Source: Candidatus Pacearchaeota archaeon (GTDB taxonomy: Archaea > Nanobdellota > Nanobdellia > Pacearchaeales > GW2011-AR1). Taken from it: 64,000 nucleotides of DNA. The stretch covers positions 214,183 to 278,182 of the forward strand of contig JAFCEL010000001.1 in the NCBI GenBank assembly GCA_017609205.1, given 5' to 3'. The notes beneath the pieces are model-generated. The model had not been told where the DNA came from, ran no database searches, and worked only from the letters and a program-made list of their open reading frames with translations. A program made the position numbers and the translations under genes. Below are positions 25,959 to 34,307 of the stretch, one piece after another (position 1 is the stretch's first letter; each line of letters starts with the position of its first letter).

Positions 25959-26351
25959 TTAATAAGTCTCAAACTTATGTTTGGACTGGTCCCCTTTTGG
26001 TTTTGAGACTTCCTTGGATATTTTTGCAAATGAAGGTGTTACAATAATTATATTTTCTCCAAATCCTGCAATACTTCCTTCAAGAGCGTCTGTTGTTTTT
26101 TTAATTTTTGAAACAGCCCGTTTTAATTCAATAGAATCTTTTTGTCTTAAAGTTTTAATATCAATTACCGCAATTGTATATCCTTGTCTTAATGCATTGA
26201 GGACATCATTTACTTCATCATAACTCTTTAGAACAAATAATTTAACCAAGACTTTATTTTCTTTCTCTTCTTTTTCTAAATCGATCTCGATATACTCGTC
26301 GTCAAAATCATCTGAAGAAGTCATTACCTTCCTTAATCTATCAAACACCAT
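25959..26351 (-). CDS. sepF: cell division protein SepF (FtsZ membrane anchor)
   Basis: The ATG at 26351 gives an N-terminal amphipathic 'MVFDRLRKVM'. Core 'VLVKLFVLKSYDEVNDVLNALRQGYTIAVIDIKTL...LEGSIAGFGENIIIVTP' fits SepF/DUF552. The track start 26399 is less likely. Confidence 0.7.
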   Translation of the reverse strand: MVFDRLRKVMTSSDDFDDEYIEIDLEKEEKENKVLVKLFVLKSYDEVNDVLNALRQGYTIAVIDIKTLRQKDSIELKRAVSKIKKTTDALEGSIAGFGENIIIVTPSFAKISKEVSKPKGDQSKHKFETY

Positions 26352-26372
26352 GTTAAAAATATATGGAACAGA

Positions 26373-26380
26373 TTTATAAA
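26373..26380 (-). promoter_or_regulatory. candidate TATA box (TTTATAAA) 21 nt upstream of sepF ATG 26351 (leaderless-type)
   Basis: The minus strand reads 'ctTTATAAAtc'. The spacing is compatible with transcription starting at or near the ATG. Confidence 0.4.
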
Positions 26381-26407
26381 GATTTCTGTGATTTTTCACT
26401 ATTTCCC

Positions 26408-26719
26408 TTACTTATGACTCACTAATTCTTCTCTCAAACTTTCAATCTTGTCAGTAAGAGCGCTTTCTTGTTTTTCTATGGACTTCACCCTCAATTCAAG
26501 AAGCCTTTCTTTATTCTTTAACTCATCAACTATCTTTGACTTATCAGATTTAATCATTAATTGCCCTATAATCTTAAAGACTTCATTATCGGACTTTTCG
26601 ATTTCTCTTAAAGCAGACTGTGTTTCTGAAATCTCCATCTGAAATGCCTGTTTTTGAAGAAGCAGATTTTGCAGATTATTTTCTAAAAATTGCATTTCTT
26701 GGATTTTATTGTCTGACAT
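26408..26719 (-). CDS. pfdB: prefoldin beta subunit
   Basis: 103 aa with a coiled-coil, beta-hairpin ('VFKIIGQLMIK'), coiled-coil layout. Sits in the conserved L37Ae-rpoP-pfdB context. Confidence 0.8.
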   Translation of the reverse strand: MSDNKIQEMQFLENNLQNLLLQKQAFQMEISETQSALREIEKSDNEVFKIIGQLMIKSDKSKIVDELKNKERLLELRVKSIEKQESALTDKIESLREELVSHK

Positions 26720-26720
26720 T

Positions 26721-26858
26721 TTATTCTGCCTTTATTTTCTTGACTATTGTCCGTGGTTTGAAGAATATTTTACTACCACAATTTGGACAAACAAATCTTC
26801 TTTTCATGTCTTCACTTTTTATCTTTTTGTTGCACTTAAAACACTTATAGGTCGTCAT
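26721..26858 (-). CDS. rpoP: DNA-directed RNA polymerase subunit P (Rpo12)
   Basis: Not in the track (45 aa). My translation is MTTYKCFKCNKKIKSEDMKRRFVCPNCGSKIFFKPRTIVKKIKAE, a CxxC...CxxC zinc ribbon with 'Y.C..C' and 'CP.CG.KI.FK.R' as in archaeal RpoP. Confidence 0.8.
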   Translation of the reverse strand: MTTYKCFKCNKKIKSEDMKRRFVCPNCGSKIFFKPRTIVKKIKAE

Positions 26859-26859
26859 T

Positions 26860-27081
26860 TTATTTGTCTAAGTAATAGGTTCCTCCTGCAAATTTTTTTT
26901 CACACCTAGAGCATTTCCATATCCCTTTTGACAATCTCTTGACTCCAACTTTGCTGCAAAAAGGGCATGTTTGTTTTTTTCGCTGTTTCTCTTCTACCTT
27001 TACAAGCTTATCTCTTACTCTCTTTCCATATCTCGCCCCAAATCTTCCGGCTGATTTTGTTTTTTTGGATTTACTTGGCAT
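26860..27081 (-). CDS. rpl37ae: ribosomal protein eL43 (L37Ae)
   Basis: 'GRFGARYGKRVR' plus zinc ribbon 'CPFC...WKCSRC'. SD 'GGAGTG' upstream. Confidence 0.9.
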   Translation of the reverse strand: MPSKSKKTKSAGRFGARYGKRVRDKLVKVEEKQRKKQTCPFCSKVGVKRLSKGIWKCSRCEKKFAGGTYYLDK

Positions 27082-27210
27082 TTAACACTCCTATTTCTTG
27101 ATGCACTTTCTATTTAACATAAAGATACTTCTGCATAATATTCTCGACGGAGATTGTACAATCTTACATAATCTTTGTCTGAGTCCCATTATAATTTAAC
27201 CATCAATAGG

Positions 27211-27218
27211 TTTATAAA
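27211..27218 (+). promoter_or_regulatory. TATA box (TTTATAAA) for tRNA-Pro
   Basis: 'aggTTTATAAAata' ends 23 nt before tRNA position 1 (27242), the typical archaeal spacing. Confidence 0.55.
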
Positions 27219-27241
27219 ATATTTGGGCAATTTAATATTGC

Positions 27242-27314
27242 GGGGATATGGGGTAGCCTGGTAGCCTTTCAGGTTTGGGACCTGACGACCCCGGTTCAAA
27301 TCCGGGTATCCCCA
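27242..27314 (+). tRNA. tRNA-Pro (anticodon UGG)
   Basis: Hand-folded cloverleaf. Acceptor GGGGATA/TATCCCC, anticodon stem TCAGG/CCTGA, loop TTTGGGA, T-arm CCCGG-TTCAAAT-CCGGG, discriminator A. No encoded CCA. Confidence 0.85.
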
Positions 27315-27932
27315 TTATTTTTTCTCCTGAGAAGAATCTTCTTTTTTCTCCTCAGTCTTCTTTGCCTCCAATTGTTTAGCAATCTTTTCTTGCTGTTTCT
27401 GAATTTTCTTAAAATAATCTTCCAATTCCTTTTTCTTTTCTTCGGTCATCTCGGTTTTTTCTTCATTAATTTCTTTATCATATTTCCCTTCTTCTATCTC
27501 CTTTATAACCTCAACTGCGGGTTTATTTTCAATAAGAATTCCAAGACTAACGCAACTTCCTATGACAGTTTTAACCGCTGATTTTAGATTTTTACAAAGA
27601 AGATTTTGCATTTTTGTTTTTGCTATAGAAATTATTTGTTCAATTGAAGCATTTGCTACTTGTAAATCCTTTTGTAATCCCGAACCTTTCTCTATTCCTA
27701 ATTCTTTTTTCAGCAACTCTGCAACAGGAGGAGAAAAAACCCTCACCTGAACCTCTTTTGTTCCAACATCAATATCAAGCTCAACAGGCACCTTCATCCC
27801 CTTAAAATCCTTTGTCGCATCATTTACCTTTTGTATAACTGAATTTACAGGAATTCCTGCTGGTCCAAGTTTCTGGCTAAGAGCTGGACCTGGCTTCATT
27901 GCCCCGCCCTCTGCTAAAATCTTAATAATCAT
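27315..27932 (-). CDS. rpl11: ribosomal protein uL11 with Lys/Glu-rich C-terminal extension
   Basis: 'IKILAEGGAMKPGPALSQKLGPAGI'. Start chosen at ATG 27932 because of the SD 'GGAGGA' 8 nt upstream (track start 27968). About 55 extra K/E-rich residues at the C-terminus. Confidence 0.85.
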   Translation of the reverse strand: MIIKILAEGGAMKPGPALSQKLGPAGIPVNSVIQKVNDATKDFKGMKVPVELDIDVGTKEVQVRVFSPPVAELLKKELGIEKGSGLQKDLQVANASIEQIISIAKTKMQNLLCKNLKSAVKTVIGSCVSLGILIENKPAVEVIKEIEEGKYDKEINEEKTEMTEEKKKELEDYFKKIQKQQEKIAKQLEAKKTEEKKEDSSQEKK

Positions 27933-28122
27933 TTTGATATCCTCCAAAAAGATTTGATAGAGACTCATACTGTTGATTCATCACAATTAACCTATCTTCT
28001 AATTCCCTCGCTCTATCATCTCCAATAGACTCTAGATAAGCCAAATCTCTTTTTACACTCCTAATTCTATTATAATTCCATTCAAGGAATTTATCTACCA
28101 CATAATTAAAGACTCTATTCAT
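27922..28122 (-). CDS. hypothetical helical protein wedged between spt5 and rpl11
   Basis: 66 aa from ATG 28122, with SD 'AGGAG' about 10 nt upstream. Overlaps the spt5 stop by 8 nt and the rpl11 start by 11 nt. No known motif. Confidence 0.4.
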   Translation of the reverse strand: MNRVFNYVVDKFLEWNYNRIRSVKRDLAYLESIGDDRARELEDRLIVMNQQYESLSNLFGGYQNDY

Positions 28123-28576
28123 TTTTCTCTTCTCCTTTACTTTCACGACGAACAACTTTTACATTATCAATCTTTACTGTGACTGGCAATGGAACTACTG
28201 CTCCAAGCAGACTTACTGTAACTTCTTCCTTTTGTTTATCTATTTTTATAACTTTTGCTTTTTCTTTCTTGAAGGGCTCTGAAATCATCTCTACAATATC
28301 TCCCTCTCTTATTGAAATATCCTCGATAGAGGGCTCTATCATATTTTTTATTTCTTCATACCCTATTGTTTTTCCGATTATCCCTTTAACATAAGGAAGA
28401 TTGAAGACTGCTTCTTCTGCAGAATCCCTATCCTCTGCTTCTAAAAGAATATAACCTCTTAATCCATGAGGCCGTGACACAGAATATACATTAAGTTGTT
28501 TTCGCTCTGCTTTTTTAGAGATCATATCAACTGCATTCTCTTCTTTGTTTGTTGTTACTTTGATAACGAAAATCAT
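28115..28576 (-). CDS. spt5: transcription elongation factor Spt5 (NusG)
   Basis: NGN domain 'IFVIKVTTNKEENAV...GYILLEAE' plus KOW 'GDIVEMISEPFKKEKAKVIKID'. The first ATG is 28576 (the track start is TTG). Confidence 0.85.
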   Translation of the reverse strand: MIFVIKVTTNKEENAVDMISKKAERKQLNVYSVSRPHGLRGYILLEAEDRDSAEEAVFNLPYVKGIIGKTIGYEEIKNMIEPSIEDISIREGDIVEMISEPFKKEKAKVIKIDKQKEEVTVSLLGAVVPLPVTVKIDNVKVVRRESKGEEKNE

Positions 28577-28661
28577 TTGGAAATCAATTTTTAGTTTCAA
28601 CTACCCCTTAATACCTAAGAAGTAGATATAGATTATTAAAAATCTGGGTTTATAAAATTTC

Positions 28662-28844
28662 CTATATAAAAAGTTTCATTATAATTGATATTAAAAAACC
28701 AAGTGCTCCGAGAATAGCGATTCCAATCGCAGAGATTTTTGCAACTTGCTCATATTCTTTTTTTGAAGGTTTTTTTAAAACACTCCAGACTCTTCTGCAC
28801 TTTATATAAAAGGATTTTACTGAAATAAATATTTTTTTAACCAT
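28662..28844 (-). CDS. secE: protein translocase subunit SecE/Sec61-gamma
   Basis: 60 aa. 'RVWSVLKKPSKKEYEQVAKISAIGIAILGALGFLI' is a basic segment plus a single C-terminal TM. Sits in the conserved ftsZ-secE-spt5-L11 context. Confidence 0.8.
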   Translation of the reverse strand: MVKKIFISVKSFYIKCRRVWSVLKKPSKKEYEQVAKISAIGIAILGALGFLISIIMKLFI

Positions 28845-28893
28845 AAGCTAAAATAAGAAAAAATGCTTTATAAAAATTGTGTGGAATGGTTTT

Positions 28894-30009
28894 CTATTCA
28901 AAAAAGTCTATTCCAAGTTCGTCTTCAATTTCTTTATGCCGGATAGTTTCGATTGATTCACTATGTCCTATTATTTGGGAACTTTTGACACCTGTCACAA
29001 TGAGTAAAACACGAATTGATTTTTCCATATCTTCTGCAATTTGTGCTCCCCATATTAATTTTGCATCAGGACTTAGTTTATTTCCAATAGATTCGATGAT
29101 TTCTCTACACTCATCCAAACTCATGTTTGGTCCTCCAATGATATTGACCAATGCTCCAGTTGCATCTGAAATATCAACATCAAGAAGAGGATTATCAAGT
29201 GCTTTTGTTACTGCATCCATGGCTCTATTTTCAACATCTGATTCACCCATCCCAATCAAAGAGACTCCTCCATCTGACATTACTGCACGGATATCTGCAA
29301 AGTCAAGATTAACTAATCCAGAAGTTGTTACAAGCTCTGTAACCCCTTTAACAGCATTTGTCAAAATCTCATCGGCAATCTTAAATGCTGTTTGTAATGG
29401 TAATTCAGGAGCAAGTTCTAGTAATTTATCATTTGGTATAACAATAAGAGTATCTACTGTAGACTCCATTCTCTCTAGACCGTCCATAGCATTTTCCACT
29501 CTTTTTCTTCCTTCAATGGTAAACGGAAGAGTTACAATACCAATAGTTAATGCCCCCTGTTTCTTTGCAAGACTTGCTATTACAGGTGCTGCCCCTGTTC
29601 CAGTTCCTCCTCCTAAACCACATGTAATAAAAATCATATCTGCACCAGCGATTTTCTTTTTTATCTCTGATTCTGATTCTTTTGCTGCTTCCTGCCCTAC
29701 CTTAGGATTACTTCCTGCTCCCAAGCCACTTGTTAATTCCTTTCCAATTAATATCTTATAATCAGCATTTGCATAAAGTAAATCCTGCGCATCTGTATTT
29801 ACTGCAATTAATTCACCTCCCTTAATACCAATCTCCCTCATTCTGCTCAAAGAATTGCAACCTCCTCCTCCAACACCTATCACTTTTATCTTCGCTGATT
29901 GTTTTTTTAGAAGTTCTGCAAGTTCCCTATCAATCGCCTTTAATTCATTCTCAGAATTAGTAGATATTTGAGAAAAGCTGTCTCTTGGTTTATCATAAAT
30001 CTCGTCCAT
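28894..30009 (-). CDS. ftsZ: cell division GTPase FtsZ
   Basis: 'IKVIGVGGGGCNS', tubulin signature 'GLGGGTGTGAAPVIA', 'NLDFADI'. Confidence 0.95.
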   Translation of the reverse strand: MDEIYDKPRDSFSQISTNSENELKAIDRELAELLKKQSAKIKVIGVGGGGCNSLSRMREIGIKGGELIAVNTDAQDLLYANADYKILIGKELTSGLGAGSNPKVGQEAAKESESEIKKKIAGADMIFITCGLGGGTGTGAAPVIASLAKKQGALTIGIVTLPFTIEGRKRVENAMDGLERMESTVDTLIVIPNDKLLELAPELPLQTAFKIADEILTNAVKGVTELVTTSGLVNLDFADIRAVMSDGGVSLIGMGESDVENRAMDAVTKALDNPLLDVDISDATGALVNIIGGPNMSLDECREIIESIGNKLSPDAKLIWGAQIAEDMEKSIRVLLIVTGVKSSQIIGHSESIETIRHKEIEDELGIDFFE

Positions 30010-30316
30010 AGGAAAACTAATATTGAATTATTTTTAAGGATTGTTGTAGTGATTTGAGATGATAAATTTTAAAATAAAAAACCATAATTAATTTATGACT
30101 AAAAATAGATTAAAAGGAATTTTTTATTAGGGTTATCATTACTACTTTTATCTTGGAATGATTCTCTTCCAGTTATTTTTTAATTAAACAATTTTTATAT
30201 TGAAGCTATTGAAATCAATACAGAAAATACAAATAAAATCAAAATTTGTTTTTTTATTAAAGATAAACTTTTCATAAAAAAGATAGGATAAAGAGTATTT
30301 AAGATTTATTCATTGC

Positions 30317-30955
30317 TTATTTGTCAGGTTTCTCTTTAATCTCTTCAACTTCCAACTCTAATCCAAGGACCTCTTTAAATTTATCTTTGAATAATTCAAC
30401 AAAATTTTTCATTCCTTTTTCAACTTTGAGAATAATCTTTTTATCTTTAACCTCAAAATCAAAATCTTTTTTAAACAAAAAATCATTGAGTGCTTTTATT
30501 TTTTCATTTATATTGTCTACTCTTCTCAAAATTTTAATATTATAAATCACTATCTTTCCTGCAAGAGGATTATTAAAATCAACTATAACTCTTCCTCCTG
30601 AAACAGCTAGGATTTTCCCTATTCTTCCGTCGAAATGAAACATAGCTCCCTGAACAGGGGTTGCTTTGTGCTCTCGAAAAACTTTCATAGGAATTATCTG
30701 AATAAGCCTGGATTCCCTTTTTCCAAAAGCATTCTCAGGTGTTAATTCAATCTCATATTCCCCAATTTTCTTCCCAATCAAGAAATCATCAATCCCCTTC
30801 AAGAACATTCCTTGTCCAAGACAATAAACAAAGGGTTTAGCCTCAATATTCAGTTTTGCCTTTTCCAAATCCTTTTTAACATTAGAATCAAAAATTTCCC
30901 CTTCTTTAGTTTTTCCTGTGAATTCTATTTCAATAAAATCTTTTTCTTTTAACAT
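30317..30955 (-). CDS. FKBP-type peptidyl-prolyl isomerase (SlyD/archaeal long FKBP-like)
   Basis: 'IEFTGKTKEGEIFDSN', 'GQGMFLKGIDDFLIGKKIGE', 'DFNNPLAGK'. Confidence 0.8.
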   Translation of the reverse strand: MLKEKDFIEIEFTGKTKEGEIFDSNVKKDLEKAKLNIEAKPFVYCLGQGMFLKGIDDFLIGKKIGEYEIELTPENAFGKRESRLIQIIPMKVFREHKATPVQGAMFHFDGRIGKILAVSGGRVIVDFNNPLAGKIVIYNIKILRRVDNINEKIKALNDFLFKKDFDFEVKDKKIILKVEKGMKNFVELFKDKFKEVLGLELEVEEIKEKPDK

Positions 30956-31004
30956 AAAAGACTTTTAGTAAAAATGTTTATAAATGTATTTCTTTTTTTA
31001 TGTT

Positions 31005-31397
31005 ATGGTTTTGAAAATAATAAATGCTACTGAAGCAAGAACAGGAACAAATATTATTCTCGAAGGAGAACCATTTACAATTAAGAAAATTGATATTTCT
31101 AAGACAGGAAAACATGGGCACGCAAAATGTAGGATTGAAGCGCAAGGAATGCTAAAAGACACCAGAAAAGTTTTTGTTGTTCCAGGACATGAAAGATTTG
31201 AAGTTCCTATGGTCGAGAAAAAAAAGGCCCAAGTTCTTTCAAAAGGGGAGAAAAAAGCAAGTGTAATGGATTTAGAAACTTTTGAAACCCTTGAGATTGA
31301 CTGTCCTGACGAAGAAGTTCTTGACTCCCTTGAAGAAAATGGAAATTGTGAATATTGGAATATTGAAGGAGAAAAAATTATCAAAAGGAAACTTTGA
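31005..31397 (+). CDS. eif5a: translation initiation factor 5A (aIF5A)
   Basis: Hypusination loop 'SKTGKHGHAK'. Start taken at ATG 31005. Confidence 0.9.
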   Translation: MVLKIINATEARTGTNIILEGEPFTIKKIDISKTGKHGHAKCRIEAQGMLKDTRKVFVVPGHERFEVPMVEKKKAQVLSKGEKKASVMDLETFETLEIDCPDEEVLDSLEENGNCEYWNIEGEKIIKRKL

Positions 31398-31465
31398 TAA
31401 TCGCCACGCCCAGCACACCTTTTCCAAACCGAAGAAGTTTTAAACCCAATTTTTCTTGATTGATT

Positions 31466-31630
31466 ATGGCGACTAAGATACCTGAAGCACAAAATAGAAT
31501 GTTCAAGAATATTTTTATTTGTAAAAAATGCAAAAGAAAGCAGAGAGCAGATCCTTTAAAGATTTTAAAAGGAAAGGTGAAATGTAGAAAGTGCAAGAAA
31601 AGTGCATTTAGAACAATAAAAAAGAAATAG
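31466..31630 (+). CDS. rpl40e: ribosomal protein eL40 (L40e)
   Basis: Not in the track (54 aa). My translation is MATKIPEAQNRMFKNIFICKKCKRKQRADPLKILKGKVKCRKCKKSAFRTIKKK, matching the '.iC.kC....n......CRkC....R..KK' pattern of archaeal L40e. Confidence 0.65.
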   Translation: MATKIPEAQNRMFKNIFICKKCKRKQRADPLKILKGKVKCRKCKKSAFRTIKKK

Positions 31631-31642
31631 GTTTAAATTATA

Positions 31643-33052
31643 ATGTTTATAGCATATGACTTAATTTTACTCGTATTGTTTGTCTTATTTGTATCTCTTT
31701 TTCTATATAAAAATAAAAAAAATCTAAGGAAAGAAGGTCTATTGTTCTTATATAAAACACCGTGGGGAATACAATTTATTAACACCGTCGGGAAAAAGTA
31801 TAAAAGAACATTGAAAATTGCAAGTTATATTTCTGTTGGAATTGGTTATCTTTTGATGATTTTTGCGCTTTATTTTGTCTTAAAGGTAGTTTGGATGTAT
31901 ATTTTTAATCTTGATCTTGTAAGAGCAATAAGAGTTCCACCAATTATGCCAATAGTTCCATATATTGACAAGCTTGTTCCGGGTCTTCCAAGTTTCTATT
32001 TTGTATACTGGATAATTATTCTTGCTATTATAGCAATAACTCATGAATTTGCCCATGGTATTTTTTCAGTCTATAATAAAATAAGAATTAAAAGTACTGG
32101 ATTTGGCTTTTTCCCTTTTTTCTTTCCTGTTTTTCTAGCAGCCTTTGTTGAACTTGATGAGAAAAAAATGCAAAAACAGAAAATTTTTCCACAGTTAAAT
32201 ATTCTCTCTGCAGGAACTTTTGCGAATATTTTGACAGCAATATTCTTTTTTGTTATAATGGTTTTATTTTTCTCAATTGCTTTTGAACCTGCAGGAGTCG
32301 TATTTGATGATTATTTCTATTCGATAGTTCCAATCTCGACTATAAAAATGATTGGAAACCATTCAATAGAAAACCCCACATATGAAAAGATCGTTCGTCA
32401 AATAGAGAACGAAGATTTTAGAGAGATTAAAACAAATGAAAAAGAATATTATTCAATAAAAGGTTTCACAAAAGACAAAAAGAATATTTTGTTATATGAA
32501 AAGACTCCTGCAGTAGAAGCAGGCTTAAAAGGGGCCATAATAAAGATAGATAATGTATCTGTTAAAAGTCTTGAGGAGTTAAAAAAAGAATTCTCGAAGA
32601 AGAAGATAGGAGACAGCATTTTAATAACTACTAAAACAAATGCAAACGAAGAAAATTATGAGATTGTCCTTAAGGAAAATCCTTTTGAAAAAGATAGACC
32701 TTGGATGGGAATCGTTTTTCAAAAATATGAGTCAACAGGAGTTATGGGAAGAATTATAGGAGCCATCTCTAACTTCAAAGACAAAAATATTTATTATTCA
32801 CCCAAGTTCGACGGTCTTTCTGTATTTCTTTATAACCTTTTATGGTGGATTGTTCTTATAAGTTTTAGTGTTGCTTTGATTAATATGCTTCCAGTGGGAA
32901 TCTTTGACGGAGGAAGATTTTTTTATCTCACAATCTTAGGAATAACAAAGAATGAGAAAATTGCCAAGAGATTCTTTGCTTCATCGACGTATTTTTTCTT
33001 ATTTCTGATAATTCTAGTTATGTTCTCATGGATTATCTCTTTTATGAGATAA
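31643..33052 (+). CDS. site-2 protease (M50 family) with PDZ-like insert
   Basis: 'ITHEFAHGIFS' (HExxH) and 'NMLPVGIFDGGRFFY' (NxxPxxxxDG) in a polytopic membrane protein. Confidence 0.85.
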   Translation: MFIAYDLILLVLFVLFVSLFLYKNKKNLRKEGLLFLYKTPWGIQFINTVGKKYKRTLKIASYISVGIGYLLMIFALYFVLKVVWMYIFNLDLVRAIRVPPIMPIVPYIDKLVPGLPSFYFVYWIIILAIIAITHEFAHGIFSVYNKIRIKSTGFGFFPFFFPVFLAAFVELDEKKMQKQKIFPQLNILSAGTFANILTAIFFFVIMVLFFSIAFEPAGVVFDDYFYSIVPISTIKMIGNHSIENPTYEKIVRQIENEDFREIKTNEKEYYSIKGFTKDKKNILLYEKTPAVEAGLKGAIIKIDNVSVKSLEELKKEFSKKKIGDSILITTKTNANEENYEIVLKENPFEKDRPWMGIVFQKYESTGVMGRIIGAISNFKDKNIYYSPKFDGLSVFLYNLLWWIVLISFSVALINMLPVGIFDGGRFFYLTILGITKNEKIAKRFFASSTYFFLFLIILVMFSWIISFMR

Positions 33053-33071
33053 TTTTAATTTAAGAAAAATA

Positions 33072-33079
33072 TTTAAATA
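33072..33079 (+). promoter_or_regulatory. consensus TATA box TTTAAATA upstream of the AKKK micro-ORF
   Basis: 40 nt upstream of ATG 33119, with SD 'AGAGGT' in between. Confidence 0.5.
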
Positions 33080-33118
33080 ATAAATTACTAAACTTATTAA
33101 TTAAAAGAGGTTATTACA

Positions 33119-33235
33119 ATGGCAAAGAAAAAAGCAACAAAGAAGAAGGCTACAAAGAAAAAGCCAGCAAAAAAGAAAGCTGCTAAGAAAAAAGCAACAA
33201 AGAAGAAGGCTACAAAGAAAAAAAAGAAGAGATAA
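33119..33235 (+). CDS. 38-aa Lys/Ala/Thr-repeat basic micro-protein
   Basis: Not in the track. My translation is MAKKKATKKKATKKKPAKKKAAKKKATKKKATKKKKKR. It has its own TATA box, SD and downstream T-tract. Confidence 0.5.
   Translation: MAKKKATKKKATKKKPAKKKAAKKKATKKKATKKKKKR
33125..33222 (+). repeat. perfect 38-nt direct repeat (33125-33162 = 33185-33222), period 60 nt
   Basis: 'aagaaaaaagcaacaaagaagaaggctacaaagaaaaa' occurs twice, in frame, inside the micro-ORF. Confidence 0.9.
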
Positions 33236-33258
33236 TTAACATATCTCTCTTAATTACA

Positions 33259-33272
33259 TTGTTTTTTGTTTT
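33259..33272 (+). terminator. T-rich tract after the micro-ORF
   Basis: 'ttgttttttgtttt', 24 nt after the stop. Confidence 0.4.
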
Positions 33273-33308
33273 AAAAATGTTTAAATTCTGTTTCTTATTT
33301 TTATTTTT

Positions 33309-34307
33309 ATGATACCAAAAAAAATCAAGAATGTTTTAAAGAAGCAACATTATTCTCTCGTCGGTAAACACTCTGCAATTCAAATCTGTCGCTGGACAAA
33401 AAAATCTTTAAGAAACGAGGGGGTTTGTTATAAAGAAAAATTCTATGGAATAAAATCACACCAATGTTGCCAAATGACACCTGCAGTTGTTTGGTGCCAA
33501 AACAAATGTCTGCATTGTTGGAGGGCGATTGAATATACTCTTGGAACAAAAATTAAAAAAAGTGATTCCCCTTCTGAGATTATTGATCAATGCATTGAAG
33601 CACAAAAGAGATTATTAGTCGGATTTAAAAAAATCCCGAATAGCAAGAGAAAACAGTTAAGCAAAGCAGATATGAAAAAATTTAAAGAGGCTCAAGAGCC
33701 AATGCAATTTGCAATTTCGCTTTCTGGTGAACCGACCCTTTATGAAAAAATAGGCGAATTAATCACAGAACTTCGCCGACGGAAAAAAACAAGTTTCCTT
33801 GTAACAAACGGGCTTAGACCGAGAAAAATCTTAGAATTGAAAAGAAAAAACCAACTACCAACGCAATTATATATTTCTGTAAACTCCTCAAATAAAAAAG
33901 ACTATGAAAAATTCCATAGAAGTTCAGAAAGAAATGCTTGGGAAAAGCTGAATTTAACATTAAGGATTTTACCGTCGCTGAAATGCAGAACTGTCTTTAG
34001 AATTAATCTTATTAAGGATTTCAATATGGATAAAAAGAATATAAAAGAGTTTGCCAAACTGATCAAAAAATCAAATCCCATGTTTGTAGAGCTAAAAGGC
34101 TTTATGAGTGTTGGTTTTGCTCGTCAAAGAATAGGATATGATAAAATGCCCTGGCATGAAGAAATCAAAGATTTCGCTGAGAAACTTGTAAATGAATTAA
34201 ATAGAATTGGTGTTAAAATAAAAATCCTCGACGAGCATTATTTTTCAAGAGCATTAGTAATTGGAAGAAATAAAAAAGATCTAAAAATTAAGGAGGATCA
34301 AATCTAA
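33309..34307 (+). CDS. taw1: tRNA 4-demethylwyosine synthase (Taw1/TYW1, radical SAM)
   Basis: 'ICRWTKKSL.....VCYKEKFYGIKSHQCCQMTP...WCQNKCLHCWR' is the characteristic TYW1 double Cys-cluster N-terminus. Confidence 0.85.
   Translation: MIPKKIKNVLKKQHYSLVGKHSAIQICRWTKKSLRNEGVCYKEKFYGIKSHQCCQMTPAVVWCQNKCLHCWRAIEYTLGTKIKKSDSPSEIIDQCIEAQKRLLVGFKKIPNSKRKQLSKADMKKFKEAQEPMQFAISLSGEPTLYEKIGELITELRRRKKTSFLVTNGLRPRKILELKRKNQLPTQLYISVNSSNKKDYEKFHRSSERNAWEKLNLTLRILPSLKCRTVFRINLIKDFNMDKKNIKEFAKLIKKSNPMFVELKGFMSVGFARQRIGYDKMPWHEEIKDFAEKLVNELNRIGVKIKILDEHYFSRALVIGRNKKDLKIKEDQI

Noticed and set aside
27968-28600. Longer N-terminal extensions given by the ORF track for rpl11 (27968), spt5 (28600, TTG) and the 77-aa ORF (28155, TTG)
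   Set aside because: Internal ATGs at 27932, 28576 and 28122 are better supported. The first and last are preceded by GGAGGA/AGGAG SD sites, and 27932 and 28576 give N-termini matching orthologue patterns. The longer forms begin at TTG or add non-conserved residues.
28877-29761. 294-aa plus-strand ORF
   Set aside because: It lies entirely antisense to ftsZ, whose tubulin motifs are unambiguous. The translation is low-complexity Ser/Ile/Pro-rich with no start context. It is a shadow ORF.
30228-30308. 26-codon hydrophobic minus-strand micro-ORF (MKSLSLIKKQILILFVFSVLISIASI) upstream of ftsZ
   Set aside because: No SD, no conservation information, and the region is A/T-rich, where such ORFs arise by chance.
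30998-31596. 164-aa and 71-aa minus-strand ORFs
   Set aside because: Antisense to aIF5A (hypusine loop present) and to the L40e micro-gene. No motifs and no start context.
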